A DNA stretch of 63,550 nucleotides, filler included, from Salisapilia sapeloensis CBS 127946 (GCA_023334545.1; 10 parts of 10 records of this genome joined end to end with filler, not necessarily neighbours in it); one strand, 5' to 3'. Numbered from the whole stretch's first letter, positions 1 through 11,590 are shown. Translations and numbers: made by a program. Notes: a model not told the origin generated them from the letters alone.

Positions 1-184
1 GCGTCAACTAACAGGAGACCTTTGGCTATGTCTGCAGCCGAACGACAGCAAAATTGGACGAGGTCGACAGGAGCATAGCCATCGACTTGATTGATAGAAG
101 CACCGTGGTGGTAACCTTTCAAGCCGATCATGTTAGGAAGCTTTTGAATGCTCGCGATAGCAACACAAGTGTTTTCTGTTTTGT
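1..184 (+). repeat. Left copy of inverted repeat (truncated by window start)
   Basis: Reverse complement of 1-184 matches 5618-5801 with 2 mismatches (GGCTTGAAAGGTTA vs GGCCTGAAAGGCTA). Confidence 0.95.
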
Positions 185-327
185 AAATAAAATCAGAGCA
201 CGGAATTAGAAGACGCTCTCATGGCGATACGCACAAGTTCTTTGACCGTGAAAGACAAGAGAGTGCAAAGTAGTTGTTTCAACACGGCCTGTCGTCAACG
301 ATTGAAGTCATATTGAAAGCGTCCCAT

Positions 328-1228
328 TTACTCAAGTTTGCCTTCACGGAATTCCTCGAGAATAGTCAAGGTGCCTGTCTCCAAGATTTCATCAATTTTG
401 GCGCTCGAGGACTTGCCTACATTTTTCAACTTGGTCGCTTCTTTGCCAGACGTGATCGGGTTTTCAGCTTCTCGCAGCGCTTTCGCGACCTTGGACCATG
501 TCGCACCTTTGAACTTTTCTCCGCGTTTAAACTCGTAACCAGATAGCTCGACAAAAATGTCGGATAGACTTTGGTTTTCCTCGCAAATAGCCTTCGGTTT
601 GGCCCGAGCTTTCTTCTCCTTTGGCTCGTCCTCCTCACTTTCAGACTCTTTCTTCACAGGTGCCTTCCTCTTGCGCTTTTTCGTAGGAGCTTCTTCCGAC
701 TTGTCGTCACCATCTTCTTTCTTCGTATCATCTTCAGACTTTACGTTGGCGTCCACTCCATATTTCTTAATCAAAGCCTAATAGCCCTTTAGAATATTGT
801 TCGGGCGGTATGGATGGAGTGATACATACCTCTAGTGCATCGTCGATTTGAAACTCGCCCTGTACGTTGCCAAAGTAGTATGTGAGCATACGAGATGGAA
901 AGACTGGATCATAGTGACTATACATCTTTCTTTGTCGCATTGAGCATCGTTCCAGCAGCAACTTTGGCATTTTTTGGATCCTATCATTTCGTATGAGCAG
1001 TAAAAGATTAGTCTTGCTTACGCCATGGTCCGTTCACAACGTCGCTCGTGATGAACGAACCGTGCGCCAGAAGCCGTCAGAGGACGTCGCAAAAAGTCGC
1101 GACGAAAGCCTCGGATGCTCCAGGCTAGTGCTAACGGAAAGGTGGCTCACAGTAGGTATCTTGACGCCCTTGTTCTCACAGAGCTTTAGCAGCTCCTCGG
1201 CAGCTTGGCGACTTGCAGCTCGGCTCAT
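328..1228 (-). CDS. Stand-alone DNA polymerase X/beta 8-kDa helix-hairpin-helix (HHH_8-like) domain protein, ~204 aa, 4 exons
   Basis: Exons 1228-1151, 980-924, 859-830 and 777-328 splice in frame at GT-AG sites (MSRAASRQ...KIPT|DPKNAKVAAGTMLNATKKD|GEFQIDDALE|ALIKKYG). The C-terminus NQSLSDIFVELS...KFKGATWSKVAKALRE..NPITSGKEATKLKNVGKSSSAKIDEILETGTLTILEE matches the Pol beta N-terminal domain. No nucleotidyltransferase domain follows. Confidence 0.8.
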
Positions 1229-1263
1229 GACGACGCAATTTCTTTCGAATTGCTGGCGGAAGT

Positions 1264-1280
1264 GCAAATTGTAAATGTGC
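1264..1280 (-). promoter_or_regulatory. Oomycete Inr+FPR-like core promoter
   Basis: GCACATTTACAATTTGC on the minus strand, ~36 nt upstream of the ATG at 1228; resembles the YCAYTYYNCAWTTY consensus. Confidence 0.5.
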
Positions 1281-2155
1281 ACATTAGCAAAACGTCAACT
1301 TCAATCAAATGATGATGCCTTCGCTTCATGATCACCGGCAAGCTCACGTGAGTCGTACTGCGCCGGCATCTCCTATCTTGTGTAGTAATTTGAACCATGA
1401 AGGAACATGGTGTGGTGTAGCATGATCGTAATCCTCTTGAGTGGTCAGCGCACGATTTCATCTATTCTTCGAATGGTTGCCATAAGGAAGCAAGTCACGG
1501 TGGCTACTCCGACCGCGCCGTGCAAGGTAATGGAGGAAACGACACGAATGGAACTGATTGGCAACTCCTCGTAAGCGACGCGAGTGAAACGATTCGTAAA
1601 GCGTCTACACTTAGTAATAGCACTACCGTGGGCTTCAATGGCACCCATTTAACTTTATACCTTTCGACCTACAATCAACTTCAATTCCAAGTCAAGCAGA
1701 GAGTCTAGCTGTAGGAATCCTTTCAAGACCGAGGATGCACTTTGTCGAATGCCAACTTGCAAGCGAAGAGCCAGCTAGCTTCGCTTTCTTTCTACTTTTT
1801 TCCGCTACTGTTCCTGGCTCTCGCCCCTCTGCATCGAGCAGTCGATCCGCCAGACGCTTGTACCCATTCGACCATTAAATTGAAAGTTCTCGCAATTTGT
1901 ATGGCAGCATACTCAAGACCATACGTTTTGTCAAGTCAAGGCCTTAGAAATCAGCAGAGTGGAAGAGGAAGCGAGCTCACAATCCGAATCGGCGCGTGAG
2001 GAAGAAGCGAAGAAGAAGCAGGGGAATAAGAAGGAAGCTTCCGATAGCTCTGCCTGTTGCAATTTACCACTTGGCTGCTCGACAGGAACGAGCCTCGCTT
2101 TTCCTTCTAAACACAAGTATCCGAGCCACCGGTGAATCATACCACATCGAAAGAT

Positions 2156-4156
2156 ATGCCGGAAGTCTCTACCAATCCGCTTGATAGCGACAATGAAGCC
2201 TATTCGGAGCGAGTACGTATTTAGCATGCAATCAGCAAGTCGCGACTATCCTAACTTGGGCATATATAGCTACGACTGAAAATCCAACCGCAACCGCCAA
2301 AGTTCCCATTCCGGGATCACCCGTTCGAGATCACAGTCTACTTGGTCGACCCAGCTGACCATCTGAAAGCCGGAATTAACCTCCCTCTGAATGTCGAACT
2401 GTATGCAGCGGAGAAAATGGTCCCAGTGGAGAAGAATATACTTCACATCGATCCCGACACAAGACCTATCATGCAGGGCGATGGCATCTGTAAATTACGG
2501 CTGCGAATTAGCGAATGCTCGATGGCGTTAGGTAACCGCAAATTCGTGATTCACGTCTCGTCCGCTTCTTCGAATAAAGAATTGAGCGTTTCACCAGCGA
2601 TTTCAACGGAAATGACGGTGATCCAGCACCGTCTCGTCATTCAAGATAAACTGCCAGAGCTATGGTACAAGGATGAGGGAGGGAGGGATAAGTGCATGAC
2701 GCTACGTATCCACCTTTTGGACGAGAACGATCAGCGCGTTGGCAGTCGCCAAGTGCCCTTGAAGCTCACACTCTTGTACGAGAATGAGCATCCAGTCCTC
2801 AAGCAGGACATCTTAAAGATGGCTCAGGACTGTGACAGGACGACGAACACATCAGGCGAGGCTGTCCTCAAACTACGCATCGAGGACGTGAGTAAAAACC
2901 ATCAAGGTCAAGCGTTCCGATTAAAAGTAGAGCCTGACACGGCGCAGTCTCCACTGCACTTTGACGTTGCGTACGACTTGAGCTCCAGCATCTCCGTCCG
3001 GTCGAAGCGCAATAAGCGTCGTCCTGCAAAGGGACCATCTCAAGTCACGCACCACATAATCAATGGTGCTGCAAACTCTCCGAACGCAGACAGCGACTTG
3101 TCTAACTTTGGCGCGAACTTCCAACAAGACGGTCGACGAAAGAAGATGCGGTCGGACGGCATGAACTCCCCACACGATGACAACTTGATAAACTCCATGG
3201 AACGTGTTCTACAATGGACTGGAGGTGTCGTCAACGGTCTGCATCAATTAGAGTGGCAGACGGTGGGATATGAAAGCAGGACGGATGGCTCGGCCGATCC
3301 GGATCGTCCGATCTACCGCTGTCCAGCCTGCTGGCGATATAAAGACGTGATGACATTTGACCAGGCACAGCACGACCAAAAGTGTCTAATCGCCAACTTA
3401 CTCGTGTCCTACGCTACGCGCACCATGAAGGACTTGGACTCGCTCTTGAAGGCTGTAGAGAGATACCCAGCCTTGGTTGCCCAACAGAAACAGCAGATGC
3501 AGATGAAGCAGGGAGGACAGCAGACAGATGGCACTTCGATGGGGATGACGGCGATGAGCTCCAGTGGTGTCCCAGACTCTTCGCCGTTTAAAATGACTTC
3601 CACGAACACGCAGCCAGTGGCTTCCAGCTCTCCACCAGCACTGTCGAGAGGTCTAACCGAGATGTTGGAGGGTCCTCCTGGACTCTTTCGGGGCAACTCC
3701 GGCGGGTTCTCCGAGATTATTCGGTCTTTGGAGGAGACAGAGACAGGAGACTCGTCCACCATTTACCAGAATTTCAATATTCCTGTGGGAGCTGGAAGTT
3801 CTGTCGTACATGCCATCGAGCAGCAAGTGTACTATGTGCTTGCCAAGGTGCTCCCGGTGTCTTCCAATGTCAACATCGGCTTCCCTGCATTTGACCAGCA
3901 AATTAATCTCCTTGGGTTCTACCGAGAAGTGCATGGAGCATCGACGGAAGTGGCGTTCGTGCCTGTGAATGAACTGCCTGCTATCTCACAGGCTGAAGTG
4001 CAGCAGGTGCAGCACGTAATGGACACTGCGCTCAAGTCGAACAATGCAGCCGTGCACTCGCTTCCGAGGTGCAACAACAATTTGGTAAAGCTACGGGAAG
4101 ATGTTGTGCTGTTTAATTGGCACGTGGAAGAGAAATCTTCTTCCAATTGGTCGTAG
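2156..4156 (+). CDS. Uncharacterised protein with two tandem homologous beta-rich domains (putative p53/STAT/NDT80-like DNA-binding fold), ~647 aa
   Basis: Exon 2156-2212, GT-AG intron 2213-2269, exon 2270-4156, all in frame. Internal repeat: LRLKIQPQPP..PLNVELY..KNIL..KLRLRISECS..KFVIHV versus HRLVIQDKLP..PLKLTLLYE..KQDIL..KLRIEDVSKNHQGQAFRLKV. A basic stretch RSKRNKRR and a YRCPAC..HDQKC Cys/His cluster follow. The CDS is solid; the function is inferred. Confidence 0.75.
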
Positions 4157-4561
4157 AGGGCGGTACATCTGCATCATGCAAGGGATATAAAGCTACATAG
4201 ATAAAATCGTATACATTGATGGATTTCAGCATAATCAGTCTTCCTCCTCGGTTGGGATACGCTTTACTCTTGTTGGTCCTATGCTTACCGATTAAAGTAG
4301 TAACCCGGTCGGTCTTTCTCGAGAAACATGCACTAAATAGGCTAACAATTGTAATGCGCAATGACTATAGCTGATGAGACTTTTATCACGAATGACGCGC
4401 GTAGGATGTAGATGGCATGGGCATGTTCTGGCGAACATGTTCACTTGCTCTGTATGCCATGTACGAACAATCGTCAGCAAATCAAAATCAAATTGAAATC
4501 GACGGACGCCGGTGTTTTTTGTTTATACTGCTTAGCTTGTAGTGTGCACCTTACCTACAAT

Positions 4562-5336
4562 CTACCACGCCAATTCTTCGCCATCATATCCGAGAAACTT
4601 GCCACTGTCCGTGTCTTTCAGTCCCTCAATGATGTGCACCATTCCCTTGGCACTGTCTGTGACGTTTACTGGACCAGAGTAGCCATTAATCTCTGTCGCG
4701 ACGTGACCAGGGTGAAGACTCAACGTTGTGATCTTGTCCTTTTTCAGATCGATCGACATGCTCTTTTGGATCATGTTTAATGCCATTTTAGATGAGCTGT
4801 AGCCATAGGCATGTGTCGCCTCACGTGCAGTGCTCCCGAGTCTGGATGAAACATGGATGACCTTTGCTCCACCACGCTTAGCAGCAGCTTCTTTTAAATT
4901 TGGCAAGAACTCACGAGTGACTAAGAAAGGTCCAGCAACATTCACTTCAAACTGTTCCATCATATCCGCTTTTGTCGTGTCATGAAGTCCATGGAAATGA
5001 GCTATCCCAGCATTATTGATGAGCAGATCAATCGGTATAGATTGAATCTCCTTTCTTGCACTTTCGATTGACTGTTCATCCGTCGTATCCAATTGAATAA
5101 TCTTATAAGGACTTAATGCCTGGAGCTGTATGATCATGCCATTCAACGACATCATCACATATAAACTGTCAGAATCGGGCTCCAGACTATGATACATGAT
5201 AACAGCTTACTTCGGTTGCCTTGTCCGGATTACGCACGGCACCTATGACTTGCCATCCCAAACTCTTGTACTCCTTTGCCAATTCAAAGCCAATGCCACG
5301 TGACGCACCTGTGATCAACACAATTTTCGCCTCCAT
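4562..5336 (-). CDS. Short-chain dehydrogenase/reductase (classical, C-factor/CsgA-like), 2 exons
   Basis: Exon 1 5336-5211 (MEAKIVLITGASRGIG, TGxxxGIG motif); intron 5210-5126; exon 2 has LINNAGI, catalytic YxxSK (YGYSSSK) and HPGHVAT. Confidence 0.92.
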
Positions 5337-5617
5337 CTTTCCTGCTCACGATTTGATCGTCAATAAAGCTGTCCTTCCACCTTCGCACAACATTACAATT
5401 ACTTTCTGGGTTTCCACTTGCTCATGGACATATCGCTTCCTTTCGATGACAAAGCTGCCAATTAAGCCACCTCTTATAGCAGATAGCATTTCAAAGACAA
5501 CTTTACCCAGCCGTCAGTTTTAGATCGTAGCGGAAACTATCATGAACTTGTTCTTTGCAACGGAATCGTATGTTCACTCTAGTCAACAAATCTCGAGTGA
5601 CCTGCACTAGTTCCTCC

Positions 5618-5801
5618 ACAAAACAGAAAACACTTGTGTTGCTATCGCGAGCATTCAAAAGCTTCCTAACATGATCGGCCTGAAAGGCTACCACCACGGT
5701 GCTTCTATCAATCAAGTCGATGGCTATGCTCCTGTCGACCTCGTCCAATTTTGCTGTCGTTCGGCTGCAGACATAGCCAAAGGTCTCCTGTTAGTTGACG
5801 C
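5618..5801 (-). repeat. Right copy of inverted repeat (may extend further right)
   Basis: Reverse complement of 1-184, 182/184 identical. Confidence 0.95.
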
Positions 5802-6192
5802 CGTCGATAGAGCTACTCGAGCTTCAACCAAGTTTCGGATGCTTCATGTCCAGGTGGAGGCCAATGCGATGCGAGGTACCGGTGGTGAGAGCGATTTACT
5901 TTTCCACGCCCCGACTTGTGCTTGTTGGAGGAACTTGCTGTCGAAGCACTCCGTCAACCAAAGTGCTAGCTGAACACTGTGCTTGGTTACGCCACCGAAG
6001 ATGACACCGACGTGCTACCTCCAGGTCAGCATCTATTCTCTGCGATGACACTCGGCGTCCAGTGTATTCACAAATGATACAGTAACTTGATGGCAAAACT
6101 CGACTATAAGTGTCCACATGCCAACTAGTTTGATATTGTTCTTTAGCTTACGATCTGGCTTGTACGTCATCGATCTATTTACCTCTCGTCCG

Positions 6193-7881
6193 TCAGTAGT
6201 AGTGGTCATACGACTGCTCCGTGCCCGCGACGGAGCTCCGTACTGTTGATTGATCGAACGATCGATCCAACGACCCGAGCCCGCTCGATGGAGACGATTG
6301 CACGGATGATGGAGACGGAGAAGCGCAGCCACGGGGAATTGGCATTTTCGACTGCGGCCGGGTAGAACCCTTCATCTTGGCTTCATGGCCAGTGCATAGT
6401 AAACGATTAGCTGTTGCATCAGTGTCCACCGACCAAGCCATTGGTACGTCCGACGTCGGACCGACAGACCGGCCCGAGTCCGTGCCTGTCAGCTCGTTCA
6501 GATCACCAACTGAACTATCATCCAGAGACCCTCCGCGTTCTCCACGAGCATCCATGGATAGGCCCGTAGACAACAGACGACTGAACGTGAGCACGACGGG
6601 CTTTGGCAGCATCTGCAGCTTCCTGCAAATCGACCGGAAGGGGATGCGCGAGTGGAGACGTCCGCCGTTGATCCGAACGAGCTTGTCTCCGCGCTCGAGC
6701 TGCCAGATCCCTTTCGACGACCCTTTGCCAGTCAAGCGGTTGACGCATGGTGTGCCGCCCAAGTTTCCACGATGAGACGGAACGAGCGTTAGTCCGAGCG
6801 GCCCGCTTCTCCACACGACGACAATTTCTTCCGTCTTCTCTTCCAAGTCCGTTATATCCTGACTGGCCACGCTCGCCTTCCGTTCGCCATCGGGTGTGTA
6901 TTGAGATGACGAATTGGTCAGGAAAGTCGACCACAACGACGTGTCGTTCGAACGAATGCTGTTGGCGAGACTGAGATTGCATCTGTCGTCACGACCGAGG
7001 AAGTCCACGTGGATGCGCTGGAAGGTGAGCGTCACCGGTTTCGAGGACGAGGAGCGTAGCGAGCGGAGGGCTCTGTACAGTCCGATCGCTACCACATCCA
7101 TCCCGTCGGCCGCGACGAGCAGATCACCGGTACGAATACTCTTCTCCCTTATTTGATCTAGGTTTCCACACGGACCTAGTTGGCCATCGCACCCCTTCAC
7201 GACGACCGGAACCGCTTCCCGACCATCTCCTATCATCTCGATGCCGAGGCTGCAGCCGCCTTCCACCCGGACCGTAAAGTTCATGTGGACGATGGGTCGA
7301 GCGGACCGAAAGCGGAGGACGACGAGCGAGTATCGTCCCGACAAGGCTTCGAGTATGCGGTGGACGGCATTGCAGCCGCCTAGACCAGCAACGCGCTTGC
7401 CGCCGATACACTCCAACACATCGCCGACACGGAGCCCGACTTCCCACAAGTGTGCGTCCGAGATGTTGTCGACGACTAGGTCCATGGTGCTTGGCTTGGT
7501 GTAGAGGTTGGATGTGAGAGTGGTGACACAGTGCTCCTCTAGAGAGAAGCCGAGTTGGAAGTGGTCATTTGACTTTCCGGTCTCCGGGAAGCGCAGTACG
7601 ATAAACTTCAGGCGGCGGAAATCGGCGGAGGACGCACTCCAATTTGGCTTGTGCGTCGCAGACGAGTACTGCCACATCGAGCCGTCTGGCATCGCATGCG
7701 TTCGCTCGGACGACCGCAGACAGCCCCCGAATGCAAATTTCCACCACTGCTTGCAGCTACGTTTCATTTCAGAGTGGATCACTTGCTTGTTTGGCGCAAA
7801 GTTGCAAAGTGAGCGGCCGGAGTACCACCAGGTAGAGGTCGCCGATGCCATGTCGTGCTGGCTCGCATCAGTGAAGTCCAT
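6193..7881 (-). CDS. PDZ-like domain protein (about three PDZ-like repeats), 562 aa
   Basis: Long ORF with GLRVGDVLECIGG, SLGIEM...IRTGDLLVAADG and GPLGLTL...LERGDKLVRING, each followed by a P-V-x-L-x-F-x-R-type end motif typical of PDZ folds. Confidence 0.7.
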   Translation of the reverse strand: MDFTDASQHDMASATSTWWYSGRSLCNFAPNKQVIHSEMKRSCKQWWKFAFGGCLRSSERTHAMPDGSMWQYSSATHKPNWSASSADFRRLKFIVLRFPETGKSNDHFQLGFSLEEHCVTTLTSNLYTKPSTMDLVVDNISDAHLWEVGLRVGDVLECIGGKRVAGLGGCNAVHRILEALSGRYSLVVLRFRSARPIVHMNFTVRVEGGCSLGIEMIGDGREAVPVVVKGCDGQLGPCGNLDQIREKSIRTGDLLVAADGMDVVAIGLYRALRSLRSSSSKPVTLTFQRIHVDFLGRDDRCNLSLANSIRSNDTSLWSTFLTNSSSQYTPDGERKASVASQDITDLEEKTEEIVVVWRSGPLGLTLVPSHRGNLGGTPCVNRLTGKGSSKGIWQLERGDKLVRINGGRLHSRIPFRSICRKLQMLPKPVVLTFSRLLSTGLSMDARGERGGSLDDSSVGDLNELTGTDSGRSVGPTSDVPMAWSVDTDATANRLLCTGHEAKMKGSTRPQSKMPIPRGCASPSPSSVQSSPSSGLGSLDRSFDQSTVRSSVAGTEQSYDHYY

Positions 7882-8061
7882 CAGGCGCTGGAATGGAAGG
7901 TGATGGAAACCTGGAGATGTGCCTTGACGCGACGAAGGCTGACCGTCTTCCTTTCAAAAAGATACGGTGAAACGCCACATGACTCTAGGTGGTCGCAATC
8001 AAGCGCACCATCATACGCAAACGAGGGATTGATATTCTTATGCATGTATATAAACTGGTGT

Positions 8062-9177
8062 CTACTCCCACCATTTGATCGCCTTCCAGATGCATCGATT
8101 CGCCGATTCGATCTGTATCTCCTCCACTCCCTTCTCAATCGGAGACGTCGTTACCTTCTTCACCACGTTCGTGAGTCCGCTGGGACTCTTCTTCTGACCT
8201 AAATGCTCTTCCATGCTGTACTGCAGTCGGGGCAGACCGGCAATGTTTTGCAGCAATTTTCCATCCGCCAAGTCACTGACCTGTTCAGTCGTGAGGGGCT
8301 CGGACCACAGTCTAAATTGATTGACGTGGCCTGTAAAGGACCGCCAACCACCTCGTGACTGGCGCAATGACGAGGACGATGAAAGCCGACGTGAGCATGT
8401 TTGGCAACCGCTCTCTTCTCCGCACACATACCCGGTACCAACCTGGGTATAGCTCATAGCGACAGAGCCTATGGAGTCTGGTATATCTTCCGCAAGCTTT
8501 CCATTCAGATACACCTGCGAGCGTGTTCCGTCACAGCATAACGCTAGGTGGTACCATGTGCCTGGCTCCAACACTCCCACTGGATGCCCAGACACACTGC
8601 TGAAGCAGGAGCAGAGTTTGTAGTCTGAATCCACCATAATTAGTTGTTGGTGGTCGGCAGGGAACTGAGGATTGTAAAAAGCAGTACGCTGTGCCCCGAG
8701 CAAGACGCCGCCTCGATATAGTGCATTTTTGGCACGGGATACACTGAACCACACGTCAAAAGCGAACATGTTTCCCCAAGCGCTTAGGTCTGTCCTTCTC
8801 CAATAGCCTTGGGTAGTGCCAGTAGGATCACTAGTTGCTGATATTTGGACGCTGCCTCCGCATACTACATGTTCGCTGGGGAGAGAACTCGGCCCGCCCA
8901 GTGGCTTCTGTCCATCAAAATACACCGTACGAGAACACATGTACGCACGCTTGTCTACATTTAATGCCTCCTGCACATCGTATTCGCTGTACTGATTAAA
9001 GGACCGGAGGAGCGAAGAGGAACGAGAAATCAGTTTGGGTCGCCAGAACCGACGTTGGCTGAAGAAGTGGAACGCGTGCTGGTTCACATGTGAAAGGTGG
9101 AAGAGGTGGATGCCTGCGAGGTACGTTGCCAGTTGCTCCAGGACCTCCTCGGGCAATCTGCCCAGAGATAGTGGCAT
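8062..9177 (-). CDS. F-box-like plus concanavalin A/LamG domain protein, 371 aa
   Basis: N-terminal LGRLPEEVLEQLATYL (F-box pattern). C-terminal WYHLALCCDGTRSQVYLNGKL and FTGHVNQFRLWSEPLTTEQV (LamG_3 pattern). Confidence 0.75.
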   Translation of the reverse strand: MPLSLGRLPEEVLEQLATYLAGIHLFHLSHVNQHAFHFFSQRRFWRPKLISRSSSLLRSFNQYSEYDVQEALNVDKRAYMCSRTVYFDGQKPLGGPSSLPSEHVVCGGSVQISATSDPTGTTQGYWRRTDLSAWGNMFAFDVWFSVSRAKNALYRGGVLLGAQRTAFYNPQFPADHQQLIMVDSDYKLCSCFSSVSGHPVGVLEPGTWYHLALCCDGTRSQVYLNGKLAEDIPDSIGSVAMSYTQVGTGYVCGEESGCQTCSRRLSSSSSLRQSRGGWRSFTGHVNQFRLWSEPLTTEQVSDLADGKLLQNIAGLPRLQYSMEEHLGQKKSPSGLTNVVKKVTTSPIEKGVEEIQIESANRCIWKAIKWWE

Positions 9178-9296
9178 GGCGGAGGAGATGGAGGTGGGCT
9201 GATCGACTTCTTGTCACCTTTGATACCGGATATGGGTTCAACACCCCTTGAGAGTCGATAGGTGATGGCGGGAGATTGGTGTGATACAGGTCGAGG

Positions 9297-11495
9297 ATGA
9301 AGCGGACGCGGACACAGCCGATCACAGGCTTCTTCCAGCGCAAGTCGAGTCGTGTGGTGGAGGACACGCCTCCGTCGAGTCCGTCTGTTGCTGCAGAGGA
9401 TGTGGTAGAAGAAAATGGTGCAGACAAGGATGACCAGGGGCAGTCGACTGGCCCAACGCATGCGTACGTGATTCCGTCGAGTCCTTCCACTACTGCCGAG
9501 GAAGCACCGGAAGAAGATGATATAGAAGGAGATGATCAGAGTGAACCAAATGGACGAGTGCGTGCGTCTGTTGCTCCCGGGAAATTCTACAGCAAGCTTA
9601 CGTCGCTGAAGCGGAAGCCTGCGAGGAAGAAGGCTAGTCGAGATCTCGTGCCGCGGCTCTTGCAGTGTCGAGAAGTCGGCGTCGGGCTTCCGAGGTCCCA
9701 CGGCCACTGCTGCCAGTCCGTCCGAGAGCGAGAGCAGCTTCTTTGTCGAGCGTTGGTGGGCAGTCTGAAGCCATGTCCTGTGTCTCTGGGTCTGCCGGAT
9801 GACTGGGTGCATCGCCTCGCGCCTCCGAATGCAGCGGATGGACGGCTCGCTTCGTTTCAGGTGCGAAGTGCGTCTCTGCTGGACCAGACGACGGCCACTT
9901 GCCTCGAGTTTGACAAGTACGGCGCATTGCTGGTGGCTGGCTCCAACACCGGCGTGATCGCCGTGTACGACTTCGACGAGCACTTTCACCGGAGTATGAA
10001 CGCGGTGCAGACACATAAGTCGAATTTGGCGAGCGATCAAGCGTCTCGAGACGAGTATCCGAAGTGTCCGAAAGTGAAGCCTGTGCGTGTGTCTTGCGTC
10101 GATGTGGTCACATTCGTTCTAATGAACCATCTAACATTGTGTTGGTAGATCCACCTCATGTCGACCTGGCACGAGGTCCGACGCATCCGGTGGAACCCTC
10201 TGAATATGGTAGCAGCAGTTGATAGGCATTGCTTTGGCCCATTCGGATGTTGATTGTAGCGTGAGTAGGACGAGATCGCTGTGTGCTACGCGTCGAAGAA
10301 CGAGATCCACTTGTTCCAGCTCCAAAAGTTTCCCACTCGGCCGCAGCGGTTCCTGCGGGCTTCGAGTCGCCCTTCTTCGGGGTACAACGACCTGGTCTTC
10401 CTGCCTCCGTCTGTGTCGAGCGTCCGGGGTGTGGATCAGAAGAGCAAGCGATCAGGTAGAGTGGTGGCAGGCGACTCGGACGGTGTTCTCCGACTGTGGG
10501 ACCTGGGCATGGGCAGTCCGAACGGCGTGAACAGCGCTCCAGTGTGGCGCGTGACGACAGGCAAGAGCGGCGTGTCCGCCGTTTGCTCCTGTTCGAACGC
10601 GCGGTACCTTGTTTGTGGGACGGAGAGCGGGCATCTGATGGTATGTTCGAGATTTTATATCTTGTAACTCGGGTGACTGAGTCTGTGCTCGCAGACGTAC
10701 GATGTGCAGAAGCTGGTGGTTCCTGCCCTCGGGTCGAGGCCGAGTCCGCAGCGAAAGTCTGTTTTCTCTCTGTTGGACCTGATCAAAGGTAGCTGTGGCA
10801 ACTGGAAGGCGCTGATTTGTTGGGTCTGACGTCCGTGGTTTGCTTGTAGAATACCTCCCGAGTGAGTACGCTTCTCCCATGCTGCTGTCGTCTCAGAGTG
10901 GGGATGGCGGCGTCGTGTCTATTCGTCCTTCGCCTGTAGACAGCTCGCTGGTGATCGTGCAGCTCAAGAACGACTGGCTGGTCTCTCTCGACCACCTGAC
11001 CGGAAAGGTGTCCAGCCTCTTCACCTTCCTCCCAGGTAGGCGTCTACATTGCGCATTGATCTGTGGGACCTTAGAACTCAATTTATATGAACAGACAAAA
11101 CGACGCAAGCCCTCGGTCCATTCGCTCCTGCGACCGTTCTCCCGTCCATGCCCGACAGGACGTCACGACGTAGAGAAGAGTCTTTGATGCGACACCATCG
11201 ATGCTCTGGCGCTTTCTTCCTCCACCAGTCCTTCCTCTGCGCCGGTCTGAACGACTCGAAGGACCTCCAGATTGTTGATCTGCGTCGTCTCCCACCGTCC
11301 GCAGGCGGTAATAAAGTTCATCCGGCAACAAAATACCTAGGTGCAGATGATCCGAAAGCGTGCGAGCGGCTGGATCGAGTTCGCATCCCGATGGACGAGC
11401 CCGTGACGGCGGTTGCTGCCCACCCGACCCGACATGCATTGGTGTGTGCAGGATACTTGATGAACATGAAAGTGCTCCAGAACGCCGGCATCTAA
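9297..11495 (+). CDS. WD40-repeat protein, 6 exons
   Basis: Exons 9297-10082, 10149-10208, 10269-10640, 10695-10788, 10850-11035 and 11095-11495 all splice in frame at GT-AG sites. WD-like segments include CLEFDKYGALLVAGSNTGVIAVYDF, VVAGDSDGVLRLWDL and VTAVAAHPTRHALV. Confidence 0.8.
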
Positions 11496-11590
11496 AGTAA
11501 ATAAAACCACCCTCCGTCCCTCGTCCTCTCTTTGCACATGAATTTCCGGAACGCTGCTTGCAACTTCAATGATTGCACATAATTCAAGAC

